Shown: piece by piece, positions 1 through 10,513 of the stretch
Layout of the letters: each line of letters begins with the position of its first letter
How positions within the stretch are numbered: position 1 is the stretch's first letter
From: Dudresnaya verticillata
Lineage: Eukaryota
Direction of reading: 5' to 3'
DNA: 64,000 nt
Assembly: GCA_977862235.1 (NCBI GenBank)
Contig: OZ374564.1
Location: 1,612,001-1,676,000, forward strand
Position numbers and translations under genes: made by a program
The notes under the pieces: model-generated
Seen by the model: the letters and a program-made list of their open reading frames with translations, nothing else
Database searches by the model: none
Told to the model about the DNA's origin: nothing

Positions 1-1147
1 TTTCCTAACTCGCCGTTCCACATAGTGCTGAACTCCTCGAGGAGTGTAACCACCTTAGCGCGGAGTTTTTCATCCTTGGCACCAATATGGACGTTATCTT
101 TCCAATCGGTGTCAGGGGTTGTAGTTGATTCCGATGCGGTGTTTCTATTGAATCCATCTTGGGGTGTAGCCTTGCTGCTTTCATTAGGAGGAGTAGGAAA
201 GGAATTAATATGTCCTCCCCCCTCCTTAAATGGAGGTACACCGTTAACGGTGAGTATGACAGAGGGAGCAGCAGTAGCGAGGCCCAGGGCGGTAGACTTT
301 GGTAACCGCACCGGTTTGGGGGAAAAATTAGTCAGCCACACCTTAAAGGGTTTGTTAGGGATGACATCCATAACGCCATTAGCCATAAGGGTGAGGTGCT
401 TATGGATGGGTTTCGGATGATTTTGAAGAAAAAACAAACCACCGGTAGGAGTGGTGACCAATGCAAGGGATTGGGTCATAGGGGGGATAATAAGGGATTT
501 TGCTAGTCGGAGCTTTTGCGATACCGAAGCGGGTGACACAGGGGGCTCTGAAGGGTAGAAGCAGCCTCCGTTTTGGAGTTTCTGGTTTGTCCCATCAGCG
601 AAACCGGAGAGTGGTGATGAAAAACAACTTTCCGTACCGGTGGGAGGATCGCCTTGACATGACGATCAATGAAACTGGTTCCCAGAATACACGGAGCAGC
701 GAGGTTCGCGACCACCAGGAAGTGGACTCGAGTACGCAATTCTCCGATACGGACAAAAAGTTGAATGACACCAAGAGGGCGTATTGACCTATTGGACGCA
801 TCCCGTAAAGGTGGACTGGCAGCGGGGCGAATCAATGACAACCAGTGGCGTGGAAGCCGTCTGGCGTTAATGAGATTTGGCCCAGCACCAGAATCCAATA
901 CGGTGATGAGAGGTAACATGAGGTCATTACTCCTTCCCACGGTAATCTGGATTTTATAATTCTGCCGTTGTAGGACACAGACAGAATCACCGGGTGGTGG
1001 AAATTCAAGGGGGATTTCTGGAACAAAATCAAGGGGGTACTCCGTAATGGTGGCGGACTGACAGTCCGGCAAAGCCCGTATTGGTGGGCGTACCACGTCG
1101 CATTGAGGAGATGGGGACGCCCTTACACGTCTCCTGCGACGTTTTCC
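1..1147 (-). mobile_element. pol: Ty3/gypsy pol, 5' part: aspartic protease plus pre-RT linker; frameshifted near 540-580; runs off the window edge
   Basis: ITVLDSGAGPNLI and CILGTSFI retropepsin motifs in ORF 503..1096. A different frame is open from about 540 to position 1 (KLRLAKSLIIPPMTQ...LLEEFSTMWNGELG). The pol frame overlaps the gag end in the -1 frame. Confidence 0.9.
1097..1147 (-). promoter_or_regulatory. Candidate -1 programmed ribosomal frameshift: G_GAA_AAC plus downstream stem-loop
   Basis: gag reads TCG GAA AAC and pol reads GGA AAA CGT (-1 frame). Directly followed by GTCGCA GGAGA...TCTCC tcaa TGCGAC, which can pair. Confidence 0.7.
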
Positions 1148-3695
1148 GAGTCGGGGTGCGCCATAAGTGCCTCTTCCACCATATCAGCTGGGGGCTCGCC
1201 AACCGCACCACCATCGACAGTCAGCACCCGTGCGGGGCGTTGCTCGGGGCGTTGCTGGTAGTTGCCCGGCGGACGATTTCCCGTATTGGAGTTGGCGAAG
1301 GCCTGCCGCTTGAGGAGTAGCGCCTGATAGTTTCGCTCGCGCGCTTCCATCAGGGGACCCCTTTCGGTGTCGCTCAGATACGGACAAATTACATGGTCCG
1401 GGGAGAGGCACAAGCGACAGTAGCCGCTTCCATAGAGGCGTCGGACATCCGGTGAGGTGTGATCCGTGTGCTCTGCGGCAGGTGATTGTTTTCCAATACG
1501 GTGTTCGCCCTGCCCTTGACGGGGAGGCGTGTTGCCGTGGGGGTGACCAATATGGCTGGGATGCTGCCCGGTGGTTTCCTGACGGTGTGTGGCGGGGCCG
1601 TAGCGGCTATCAGCCGGTCCGTAACGGGGTTGCCGGGGTGGTTGCATCCGTGGCGCTGGTGGGCGAAGGTTGGGAGTCCGAGGCGGAGTAGGGTAGACAC
1701 TACTCGGTGGGGACGAGTACGCTGTAGTAAACGTAACCCCCGACGAGGTGCCGGCGCTTCGACCCGCGCCACCTTCCAGGGCGAGCACGTGCTCCTCCGA
1801 TTCAGCGGGATACTCCGAGTAGGTATAATCCGATGGGGAACCAATCGACAGAACGCCAGAGCGTCGTGACTGACTCTTCGGTTTTCCGTCGAAGACGTGC
1901 ACCGCTGAGGTTTGGCGTCTGGTTGCCCGATGGCATTCTCCAAGCCCTTTAGCGTAGCGGGTGATGGCTTGGTAATCCATGTGGGGGTGTGTTCCCAGAT
2001 AATTTCGCATCTGCTGACACGTTCCCGGTAGGAGTCCTTCCACAAACAGCGACTTGAGGGACCTGTCGGAGAATACTGTACCGCATCGGAGTGCCTTAGT
2101 CCAAAGTTGGTTTGAGAATTGCTCTTCCGTTAAGGCCGACGTTTGTCGAAACGACGTTACGTCCGAATACCCTTCGGCAATCACCTCATCGGTAGCATAA
2201 GTCCTTAGCAAAAAGTTCACCACTTCGGTATAGGTGCGAAGCATCTCTGCTTGCTCCTCGTCGACCGCCGTGGTGCCACCAGCGAGACGGGCCTGAAGCA
2301 AAGCTTCAGCCTGTCCACTTAGGAAAAACTGGAAACACCACAGTGCGGTTCCTTCCGAAATGGAGTTGATGTTACACGCGTCCTTGAACTTCGCGAGAAA
2401 TCCAAGGACCGTGATGGGGTCTGTACCGTTGAAGGAGTGGGACTTCATTTGCACCTCTAGCTTTTTGCGGATACGTAGTATGAACTCTTCTTCTCCAGTC
2501 GGTATGTTCGGAAATCCAGCGCCTTCACGAACCTGTCGTTCAGGGGCCGGATCACCTTTGGGAGTGGCCTGTCGACCTCTCGGTGCTTGGCGTCGTGTTT
2601 TCTGGCCCGACGCCGCTCGTCCCTATCCGTATCGGAGTAGCTCGTATCAGAGCCCGAGGAATGGGAGGAGTCATGCCCTTTTCGTCGCCTATGGCGCGAC
2701 TTGCGCTTATTCTTCTTCCTATTGCGGTGTTGGCTATCATCAGATTCCGTACCGGAGTGTTCTTTGTCCCGTCGCGAAGCGCGTTTGCTCCGTTGCGAAC
2801 GGTCACGTTCCTTATCGGAGTGGGAGTCCTTGGCCTTTCTGTCAGCACTGTCTCTACCACTCCGGTCTTGGTTTTTCTTGGAGTCACCATCGGAGTGCTC
2901 ACTGCCTCTACGCGAAGCCACCAGCACGGTGATACGTTCCCCCGCAGGCACTTCTGCGGGTCCAGGGACCGTACTCCGATTCGGTTGGGGTTGGTGTGTT
3001 GGATCCAATTCGGTGTATTGAGTTTGGGTAGGTAACCCAGGGGCTGCCGCTGTCCTTACCGGATCGGGCGGAAACACCTGAGTGGGGATTTCTGGCATAT
3101 ACGTCGTTTCTCCCTTGACCGGGAAGTTATTCCGTATCGGTGTAGGTCCAGAAAAGGGCTGTTCCTTGGGTCTCGGTAGGGGTTGTCCGGGGATGAGCAT
3201 CTGCTCGATCTCCGACGCCTGACGCTCCTGACGGATGAGCGTCTGTACCAACTCCGGAAGGTGTTTCTCCAGGTAGGAGCTAACAATGACCGGAACGGTG
3301 TCGGCGAGCGTGGTCTCAACCTCCTTGACCATGTCGGGTTGCACCTCTATACGGAGATGCTCCAACACCCGTGGGATGACTTCCGAAAGTATCCAATGGA
3401 CACGATTGGAGTCACCTGGCTTGGATACACCCTTGCGGGAAGTGTCGGAACCAGGTCGGGATCTAGCAAGCTTACTGGTTACACCTTTAAGGAGTTCTTC
3501 GGGGTTCTCCATACCGGGGTTCAGGTCGGCAGCATCGCCACGGCGTGTTCTCGCGGCTGAAGCTACCTCCGGTTCGGTGGGCTCACTGCGGCGTGTTCTC
3601 GCAGTAGAGGGCACCTCCGGGACGGTGTTATCGTCACCGCGGCGTGATCTCGCGGTTGACGGCACCTCACCTTGATCCGATGCGGTAGGGTCCAT
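1123..3695 (-). mobile_element. gag: Ty3/gypsy gag, split by a frameshift at about 2455-2480
   Basis: ORF 2457..3695 (low-complexity, Arg/Ser/Asp-rich) and ORF 1123..2454 (capsid-like FNGTDPITVLGFL...LKSLFVEGL; zinc knuckle CRLCLSPDHVIC). Lies downstream of LTR/PBS and upstream of the protease. Confidence 0.85.
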
Positions 3696-3836
3696 GTTTT
3701 CTTCTATTATTAGGTTACCAAAATGGAGTCAACGAGTGTTTTGCCTTGTCCTGCCTTTACACCAATACGGAGTTGTCACGAAGCTGACCTCCTACCGAAG
3801 CGGAGTCCAACGGAGATTCTTCTACCTTGACGGTCT

Positions 3837-3853
3837 TCTAGGTCGGGAGACCA
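3837..3853 (-). promoter_or_regulatory. Primer binding site TGGTCTCCCGACCTAGA
   Basis: Starts TGG a few nt after the LTR CA end. Identical at 8071 and nearly identical (TGGTCGCCCGACCTAGA) at 62876. Confidence 0.75.
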
Positions 3854-3859
3854 AAAAGA

Positions 3860-4534
3860 TGTGGTGAAGTGAAAGGCACACCTGTAAGGAGAGCTGATCA
3901 GGCAATCCCAATGAGGAGTGATCTCACACGGCACCGGGGTGGTAGAGCTTAGTTCGTAGACCGAAGGGAGTACCTCGAGCGGCAACACCTGTAAGGAGTA
4001 AAGGGACGCAACAGACAAGGGGGACGGTACAGTGCCAGGGCAGCTACACCGGGACGGAGGTAAGAGGAATCCGTGCACGGGGCTGGAGAGGGGAAACCGT
4101 AAAGGAGTATGAGGGTAAGGCTTAGGGTAAGTCACTTTGCCCAGGGTTGCGTACCCGTTTACTGTAGGACTCGCGGTGGCCACCCATTAATATACTGGGA
4201 GATACGCCCCGCGGTCCGGTCCGTGTGGGCCAGACCCCAATGGGTCTGGTCCACCAGGTGGGTCCGGCCCTACTGGTCCCGGTTACCGTTGCAGACATGC
4301 TCGGCATTCTCATTGGCCGGCTGACACTACGTACTGTACAGCATGATTATAATTACCTAATTACAAATAAATCAACTAATTGACTCCTATTGGTGGTGCG
4401 CGCAGACTCCAGCAAGGCGTACAGTGCTACTGTGTCGCTGCACTCCGCTTCGGCTTTTGGCGCCAGCTCACCAGTGCGCCGGGCGCGAGTCGGCTCAACC
4501 GTCGTCCGCACTCCGAAACGGCCGCTTCACCACA
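3860..4534 (-). mobile_element. 675-bp LTR, flanked by a PPT upstream and a PBS downstream
   Basis: Perfect 10-bp terminal inverted repeat TGTGGTGAAG...CTTCACCACA; TATA-like TATATTAA and an AGTAAA signal inside. Confidence 0.85.
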
Positions 4535-4536
4535 GA

Positions 4537-4547
4537 CCCCCCTCCTT
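4537..4547 (-). promoter_or_regulatory. Polypurine tract AAGGAGGGGGG
   Basis: Purine run ending 2 nt before the TG start of the LTR. Confidence 0.8.
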
Positions 4548-4549
4548 AA

Positions 4550-7408
4550 ATGGCGACACGTCCTCGTGCGCCGCGGGAGTTGGGTACGCACTCCGCTCAG
4601 GTGCACCGCCACATCCCATCATCCGCTCCCTTACCAACTGGTGTGTCATCTTGCACGTCAACCAACGCGTTCTTCCATTCCGGTGTGCCGCTTGCCATGG
4701 CGGGTGGCAGCACTGACCGCGGGCGGCCCCCTTTTCCACCGACGCGGCATGCGCGGTCGACAGGGGAGGTGCCGGCCGCAGAGTCGCTCGCGCATCAAGA
4801 CGAAGCGCGGGCGACGACCATATTGGAGTCTACGACTGGGGCGGCCGGGGCCCCAGGGCGCCCGGCGAGCCCGAGGGTGCCCCGCCGTCAACTCAAGGGC
4901 GAGGGCCCGATGGCGAACACACCGCTTCCGGATCGTCAAGTAGGAGAAGGGGTGCATCGGCCGGGCAGGGGTAACACCGAAATGGAGTACCGCGCAAGCG
5001 GCGAGCCACGACAGGGGGGCGTCATGCCAGTTGCGTCGGAACAGCAGTGGGCGACTCCGCCTGGTCGGACTGGGAACGTTCAGCCTCGGCCGTCACCGAC
5101 GAGGGGTGGCGTGATGACTCCACTTGGGGAAAGGTCGTACAATCCAGCTGGGTATCGGGGTCTCGCTAGCTCAACCGATTACACCGATGAGGCGACGTGG
5201 TTGGGTCGCGAATACGACCACCGCACAGGTCGGCGTCACCGCACCGAAGAGGAGCGCGACATGGTCCGCCTCCCCCTTCCCGTTTCGGTGTTTGTGATGG
5301 ATTACGCTGAGACGCTGGAGGGTCGCCGCTATAACGCCGTGACGGAGGCCAGCGGGCTGATCAACCACAAGTGGTTTCCGAACCGGCGGGAGGAAATGTG
5401 GAAGTCCCGCTGGATTCACTCCGCTTGTCGTACAAGGACTCCTCGTGGGTGTGACATCGTATGGGTGGGGTGTCAGGAAGAAGAGGGTTATGCCGAGAAG
5501 GTGTTCCGCTTATTGGTGTCTGCACATCGGCTGCAGGATCGTCCAGTGGGTGTGGAGTTCTTATGCTACACCAAACCGTACGACCAGGGCGTACATTGGT
5601 TTGGCAATCCGCAGCGGTGGTCCGACGACGCCGCAAAGGAACACCGACTCCGTTCACGGGATCCCGATGGGCGCCGTTTGGGTAGGGTGTTACTCCACAC
5701 GTGGAATACACCCGAATTCTTCCAAGTGCCAGCGTCATCGCGCCGCAGACTCTACCTTACCGCACCGGAGTGGTGGGCCGAGTACGAGGTCACCCGCTGG
5801 CTTTCGGTACCAACGCCGACCGTGGTGGCGTACTTCACGAATAGGTTCCTTCGACACCGCAATTGGAAAGAGTTACACCCAGCCGGAGAGAAGTCGATCG
5901 ATCACCCACAGATGGCCGTTTTGGAGTTGATCATGCGTTCGGAGTGGGCGATGTTCGTGCTCTTTTCTTGGTTACAAGTTACCTATCGCGGTGTGCGTGC
6001 CAACACGAAGATGACCGATTGGAGAGCCTTCCCAAGAGAAAGCACCGATCCGGAGGGCGGCGACTGTGGGCGCATTTTCGAGTTGCCCGCCAAGATCGTT
6101 TCGCTCATATACCAGATGGGAGTAGCCGCGCTCGTGGAGGGGACCGAGTATCCGTTGGAGCGTGTGCAGCGGTTGTTCACGATTCACGCAAACACCAACT
6201 GGAAGAAGACACCGGGTTTCGTCGGCTACCATTGGGACGACGACCGAGTATTGTCCGTCCCGCCGATTAGTCCAGGGTGCGGTCTACCTTACTACTTGTC
6301 GGCAGAGGACCCCAATCCGGTGTGGTTGCTTGATGAGGAGATGGCCAACTGGCATGCGATGCGATCCCACGCAAGGCACTACCCAGTCACGGAGGGGCCG
6401 CCGAGGCGGTCGGGACACCGTGAGTGGGGTATGCCGTCTGGGGCTCGTGCGCGTGGCGTGAGCCCCTTGGCAGATCAAGAAGAAGTTACACCCGTGGGAA
6501 TGGTGGGCATCGAGCCAACGCGCGCCGACCCGAGGGTGTTGGTACCCCGCGAATCGCCAGAGGTTGAGGCGAGTAACCGCGATCGCGCGGCGGTGCCGCC
6601 GACTAAGACCGTAACGGTGTCTCCAAAAGGGGCAGCGGCACAGGGGACGAAGGTTGTGTTGCCGCCCCCGTCATCACCGGCGCACACCGATGCGGTTCCG
6701 CTTAGGTCAGTGGTGCGACCGAGGGTTAGTGAAGCCCGTGCTCCACCGACTACGGGAGAGAAGGTTACCAGCGTGGAGACCCAGCCCGTAGCGCGGGCGG
6801 CCAAGACCGCTCAGCTGGGACCCATTGGATCACCAGAAGACCCCGATGCGGAAGTGGCTACGACGCCAATGGGGAAAAAGAAGGCGTCTACACCATTGGG
6901 GGTGAAGCCGTCCGTCGCACTACAGGAAGGTACACCAAAGCGGGGTGGCGTGGTCAAGCCGACGTCGACAGAGTCTAGTGACTCCGTCGTCTGCATCACG
7001 CCCATGGATCCGGCTGGTGCCGCGGCAAGACTGGCCGAATCCGTCACGGTGAAGGAGGAGAAGGATACCGATGCGGAAATGGCGACGTGGTGCGACGCGG
7101 ATTTGCGTGTCGATGGGGCTGCCCTGCAGCGACTCCGCGAAGGGTGTAGAGATGCGGGCATGCCCCTTCCAGCGTCGGCGAACGAAGCCATTAACTCCGC
7201 CGTGCTGTGGGTCGGGCGGCTGGCGCGCCTAAGGTGTACCATTCGCGCGCTGCGTCGATGCATGGCAGACACCGGCAGGAGACTCACCATGATTACCGCA
7301 AGGGTGTATGGTGAAGATATTCCCGACTTGGAGGAGAGTGCGGCCAAGGAGGAAGATACGGAGGCCGACCTGGCGCCGCCAGCGAAGCGTCCGCGAAATG
7401 CGGTGTAA
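4550..7408 (+). CDS. 952-aa antisense accessory ORF of an LTR retrotransposon, function unknown
   Basis: Long uninterrupted ORF whose ATG abuts the PPT. Trp-rich globular middle, Pro-rich flanks, C-terminal helical segment and NLS-like PPAKRPR. AATAAA about 20 nt after the stop. Confidence 0.8.
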   Translation: MATRPRAPRELGTHSAQVHRHIPSSAPLPTGVSSCTSTNAFFHSGVPLAMAGGSTDRGRPPFPPTRHARSTGEVPAAESLAHQDEARATTILESTTGAAGAPGRPASPRVPRRQLKGEGPMANTPLPDRQVGEGVHRPGRGNTEMEYRASGEPRQGGVMPVASEQQWATPPGRTGNVQPRPSPTRGGVMTPLGERSYNPAGYRGLASSTDYTDEATWLGREYDHRTGRRHRTEEERDMVRLPLPVSVFVMDYAETLEGRRYNAVTEASGLINHKWFPNRREEMWKSRWIHSACRTRTPRGCDIVWVGCQEEEGYAEKVFRLLVSAHRLQDRPVGVEFLCYTKPYDQGVHWFGNPQRWSDDAAKEHRLRSRDPDGRRLGRVLLHTWNTPEFFQVPASSRRRLYLTAPEWWAEYEVTRWLSVPTPTVVAYFTNRFLRHRNWKELHPAGEKSIDHPQMAVLELIMRSEWAMFVLFSWLQVTYRGVRANTKMTDWRAFPRESTDPEGGDCGRIFELPAKIVSLIYQMGVAALVEGTEYPLERVQRLFTIHANTNWKKTPGFVGYHWDDDRVLSVPPISPGCGLPYYLSAEDPNPVWLLDEEMANWHAMRSHARHYPVTEGPPRRSGHREWGMPSGARARGVSPLADQEEVTPVGMVGIEPTRADPRVLVPRESPEVEASNRDRAAVPPTKTVTVSPKGAAAQGTKVVLPPPSSPAHTDAVPLRSVVRPRVSEARAPPTTGEKVTSVETQPVARAAKTAQLGPIGSPEDPDAEVATTPMGKKKASTPLGVKPSVALQEGTPKRGGVVKPTSTESSDSVVCITPMDPAGAAARLAESVTVKEEKDTDAEMATWCDADLRVDGAALQRLREGCRDAGMPLPASANEAINSAVLWVGRLARLRCTIRALRRCMADTGRRLTMITARVYGEDIPDLEESAAKEEDTEADLAPPAKRPRNAV

Positions 7409-7598
7409 GCGTAGAAATGCCACTTGTCAATAAAATCTTGTGATTTGTGTGAGCCCCCCTTCCGCTGGCGGAGGGGAAGTGGAATACCACCACTGTGGAG
7501 TGAGTCGTGGAGTGGAGGAGCTACCCTACCCCACACAAGGCTTTGCGGCCGGTTGACGACCATCTCATACCAGAAGTGGTTGCTCGCTTGCCGGCGAT

Positions 7599-7747
7599 TC
7601 ACCAATATGGAGTAGAGCCCCTTTGGCAAGGGTTCTGTGGTTCCAGAGTCCGGAGGTCATGCTCATTTTGTACCATCGCCAAGTCACCAATATGGAGTAG
7701 AGCCCCTTGGGCAAGGGTTCTGTGAACACGGAGTCCACGGGTCATGC
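7599..7747. repeat. Two-copy tandem repeat, period 85 bp
   Basis: TCACCAATATGGAGTAGAGCCCC..GGCAAGGGTTCTGTG..GAGTCC..GGTCATG at 7599 and 7684. Confidence 0.85.
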
Positions 7748-7902
7748 CCGATTTTGCCAAACCCCTACTGCGTTGGTGAGTAGCGGCTGGCTATCGGCGT
7801 GTGGGAGCTCTGCGACGTCGAGCTGCAGCGGCTGCCGTGCGCTTTCTATTCCAATAGCGGTGTATGAAGTTTTGCGGTAACTCCTCAGCGGGTTCATACG
7901 TG

Positions 7903-8287
7903 CCCTTGTCTGTTGGGTCCCTTTACTCCTTACAGGTGTTGCCGCTCGAGGTACTCCCTTCGGTCTACGAACTAAGCTCTACCACCCCGGTGCCGTGTGA
8001 GATCACTCCTTATTGGGATTGCCTGATCAGCTCTCCTTACAGGTGTGCCTTTCACTTCACCACATCTTTTTGGTCTCCCGACCTAGAAGGCCGTCAAGGT
8101 AGAAGAATCTCCGTTGGACTCCGCTTCGGTAGGAGGTCAGCTTCGGGACAACTCCATATTGGTGTAAAGGCAGGACAAGGCAAAACATTCGTTGACTCCA
8201 TTTTGGTAACCTAAGAATAGAAGAACACATGGACCCTACCGTATCGGATCAAGGTGAGGTGCCGTCAACCGCGAGATCATGCCGCGG
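7903..8287 (+). mobile_element. Inverted partial copy of the same element: 3' 160 bp of LTR, PBS, leader and gag start
   Basis: Near-identical reverse complement of about 3640..4021; encodes MDPTVSDQGEVPSTARS versus MDPTASDQGEVPSTARS. Confidence 0.9.
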
Positions 8288-9361
8288 AGCGCTAAGTGTT
8301 GGGTACACACGGCGACGTTTAGGCACAGATTGCGGCTCGGAAGCCGAAGGAAGTGCGTCAATGGGTTGCGCCGTTCCAGACGCGAGAAGTCGCTCGAATG
8401 GTACCGTATCGAGGGCTCGAAGGGAACGCGAGAAGTACCTGGCGGGCGCCCACGTGCAGTTTGTACACTCCAAGCGCAGACGTTTGGTGCGCAAGCAGGG
8501 ATAGACGGCTCGAATGTCATTTGGGTCGGAAAGTTCAGTGCGAAGATCGAGCACTGCTGAGAAGGAGAGCTTTGGAGCCGTAAAGTTGTCAGCCTGACAC
8601 CTTAAAGCTGCCCACGCCTTGTAAGAAGCTTCCGCGCATAGAAGATCTCTCTCGGCAGCGCAAATATAGAAAGAGGAAGCATTCGAAGTGGGCAGAATGG
8701 TGGCGGCGCCTGGAAAGCCGCCCTGACGTAGCGCGGAACGAAATGCAGACGGAACGGCCACCCGCTGATCAGGCGATGGAGATGTGACCCGAACGAAGCG
8801 CTTTTCATTGCCACCAAACAGGACGCGGGTAGTACGACGTACAGACCCAGCGAAACGTTTCGCCAGAGGAGTAGCACCGGGGCTGTCCTGTTCAACGCGA
8901 CCTGCACGACCGAGCAACGGAAGCTTGGAGAGAGGGCGGGTGGGCTTAGGAGGCGGGGAAGGGCACGCCACGATTCCGTTCGAAAATGTATGACGATAAG
9001 ACGCAGGGACCGAGGATGGATTCAGATCCGGCGGAGTAGATGCAGAGGGTAGAAGGGACACAGTAGGATCGCCACCATGGCAGCCCGGAGGATGGGAGAA
9101 TGCGGAGAGAATGCGCAGGAGCGAGGCGAAACGAGGATTGCGAGAAAACGTCGGTAGAACAGCTTGCACGCGCGGAATTTTGAACAGATTGAGAATAAAG
9201 GCTTCGACGGAGGTAGAATCGGTCAGATCGACAGCGCCGTCCAATAGACCAGCAGCATCGGAAAGAAAGTCAAGGGCGGTGGCACACGACAAGGGCGTGG
9301 CAGGCTTGGGAAACTCTGGATGAAAAACACCCCGCCGGAAGTGGTGATAAAGATTACTCAA
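8249..9361 (-). CDS. Hypothetical protein, probably TE-derived, 3'-truncated at the gag-fragment junction
   Basis: 370-codon ORF with protein-like composition; its last codons read into the antisense of the gag fragment; no family recognised. Confidence 0.4.
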   Translation of the reverse strand: MSNLYHHFRRGVFHPEFPKPATPLSCATALDFLSDAAGLLDGAVDLTDSTSVEAFILNLFKIPRVQAVLPTFSRNPRFASLLRILSAFSHPPGCHGGDPTVSLLPSASTPPDLNPSSVPASYRHTFSNGIVACPSPPPKPTRPLSKLPLLGRAGRVEQDSPGATPLAKRFAGSVRRTTRVLFGGNEKRFVRVTSPSPDQRVAVPSAFRSALRQGGFPGAATILPTSNASSFYICAAERDLLCAEASYKAWAALRCQADNFTAPKLSFSAVLDLRTELSDPNDIRAVYPCLRTKRLRLECTNCTWAPARYFSRSLRALDTVPFERLLASGTAQPIDALPSASEPQSVPKRRRVYPTLSAPRHDLAVDGTSP

Positions 9362-10513
9362 CGAAGTTTAGAGTGCACTTGCCTCGGCGCAGTTTTCGCC
9401 TTCGGAAGCGACGACGTACCAGCGCGCAGCATTCCTCCGCGAATCACCGTCTACACTTTGCGGATTCAAGTTGCTGCACCTTCCCTCAGCGTGCGCTTGC
9501 GCGGAGTGCGAGCGCGCCAGCCACATGCGGCGCAATTTGAGACCGGCATGCATTGCCGAAGCTGCATCGAATCTGCAGACCGCTGTCGGCACAGCTGTTC
9601 ATGAGTGCTCGTCCAGCTCTCACAACGGCCAGTTGCACTACCTTCTTTCACGCCTGGGACACTTGTTCCGGCGCGACAGGGCTGCATGTCAGGAGCAAGG
9701 CGCGCCCGAGGGGCGGACAGCGAACGAGTGGGCAGATTGGGACGTGGGACGCGCATTGGCGTGAGAGAGCCCGTGAAGTCGGGCGGGAAGAGCCGTCCGC
9801 GGCGAACTTTTACCGAACTTTGCGGATGGCGACGTGCCGCCCGCGACGTGGAAGGTCAACCGCCAATTGCGACACGGCGGGTGGCTCGCGAGTCGGCGTA
9901 TTGGTCGTTCTAGACCGCGTGGCTGCAAATGCGGTGCGGCTTTATTGGGCCGCCGCGAGTTTCGCAAACTTTCTACTTGCCGTAAAGGCCAAGGACGTGG
10001 GCTTACTCCCTTTTCGGCTTTGTGCGCTTCTCCCTCTTGTTGTTGACCACGATTGACAGCGCCGCGACCACAGCTTTCGCCACCGGGTTCCGATTCTATG
10101 GCTGTAGTTTCGCTTGTTGAGCGATGGTAGACGGTGGCCGTGTTAGCTGGCCCGTGCTTTTTCAGCCATTTGCCCAATTCTCCCAGACTTGTCACTGCTT
10201 CAACAGAGTAGAACAGTTGCTTAATCTAAGTGGATAAGGCGTCGGTACATTTGTCTTTGATATCGTATCTTTGTTGTTCGATGAGAGCCACAAAAGCCAG
10301 TCCCTTGTTGACATGCATTAGCGAGACGAAGACGAAGAAAGAGGTATTAATGCACGAGGTGGTGGGACAGTTGTGAGTGCGGCGACTCCGAAGACCCTGC
10401 CGCAGAACCGACTGTGCACGCCAGAGACCCCATCACGCGGAGAGCTCCATAGCCACACACCTTTCGAGTCAAGCAACGACAAGCACTGGCTCACCGACAC
10501 ACCGGCACACACA

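Noticed and set aside
2455..2475. Programmed frameshift or readthrough inside gag
   Set aside because: Only five A's, no canonical heptamer, and the downstream ORF is not in frame with the TAG; more likely a deletion.
4321..4326. TGTCAG as the LTR start
   Set aside because: The 10-bp inverted terminus and PPT at 4534-4547 define the real end; TGTCAG is an internal motif.
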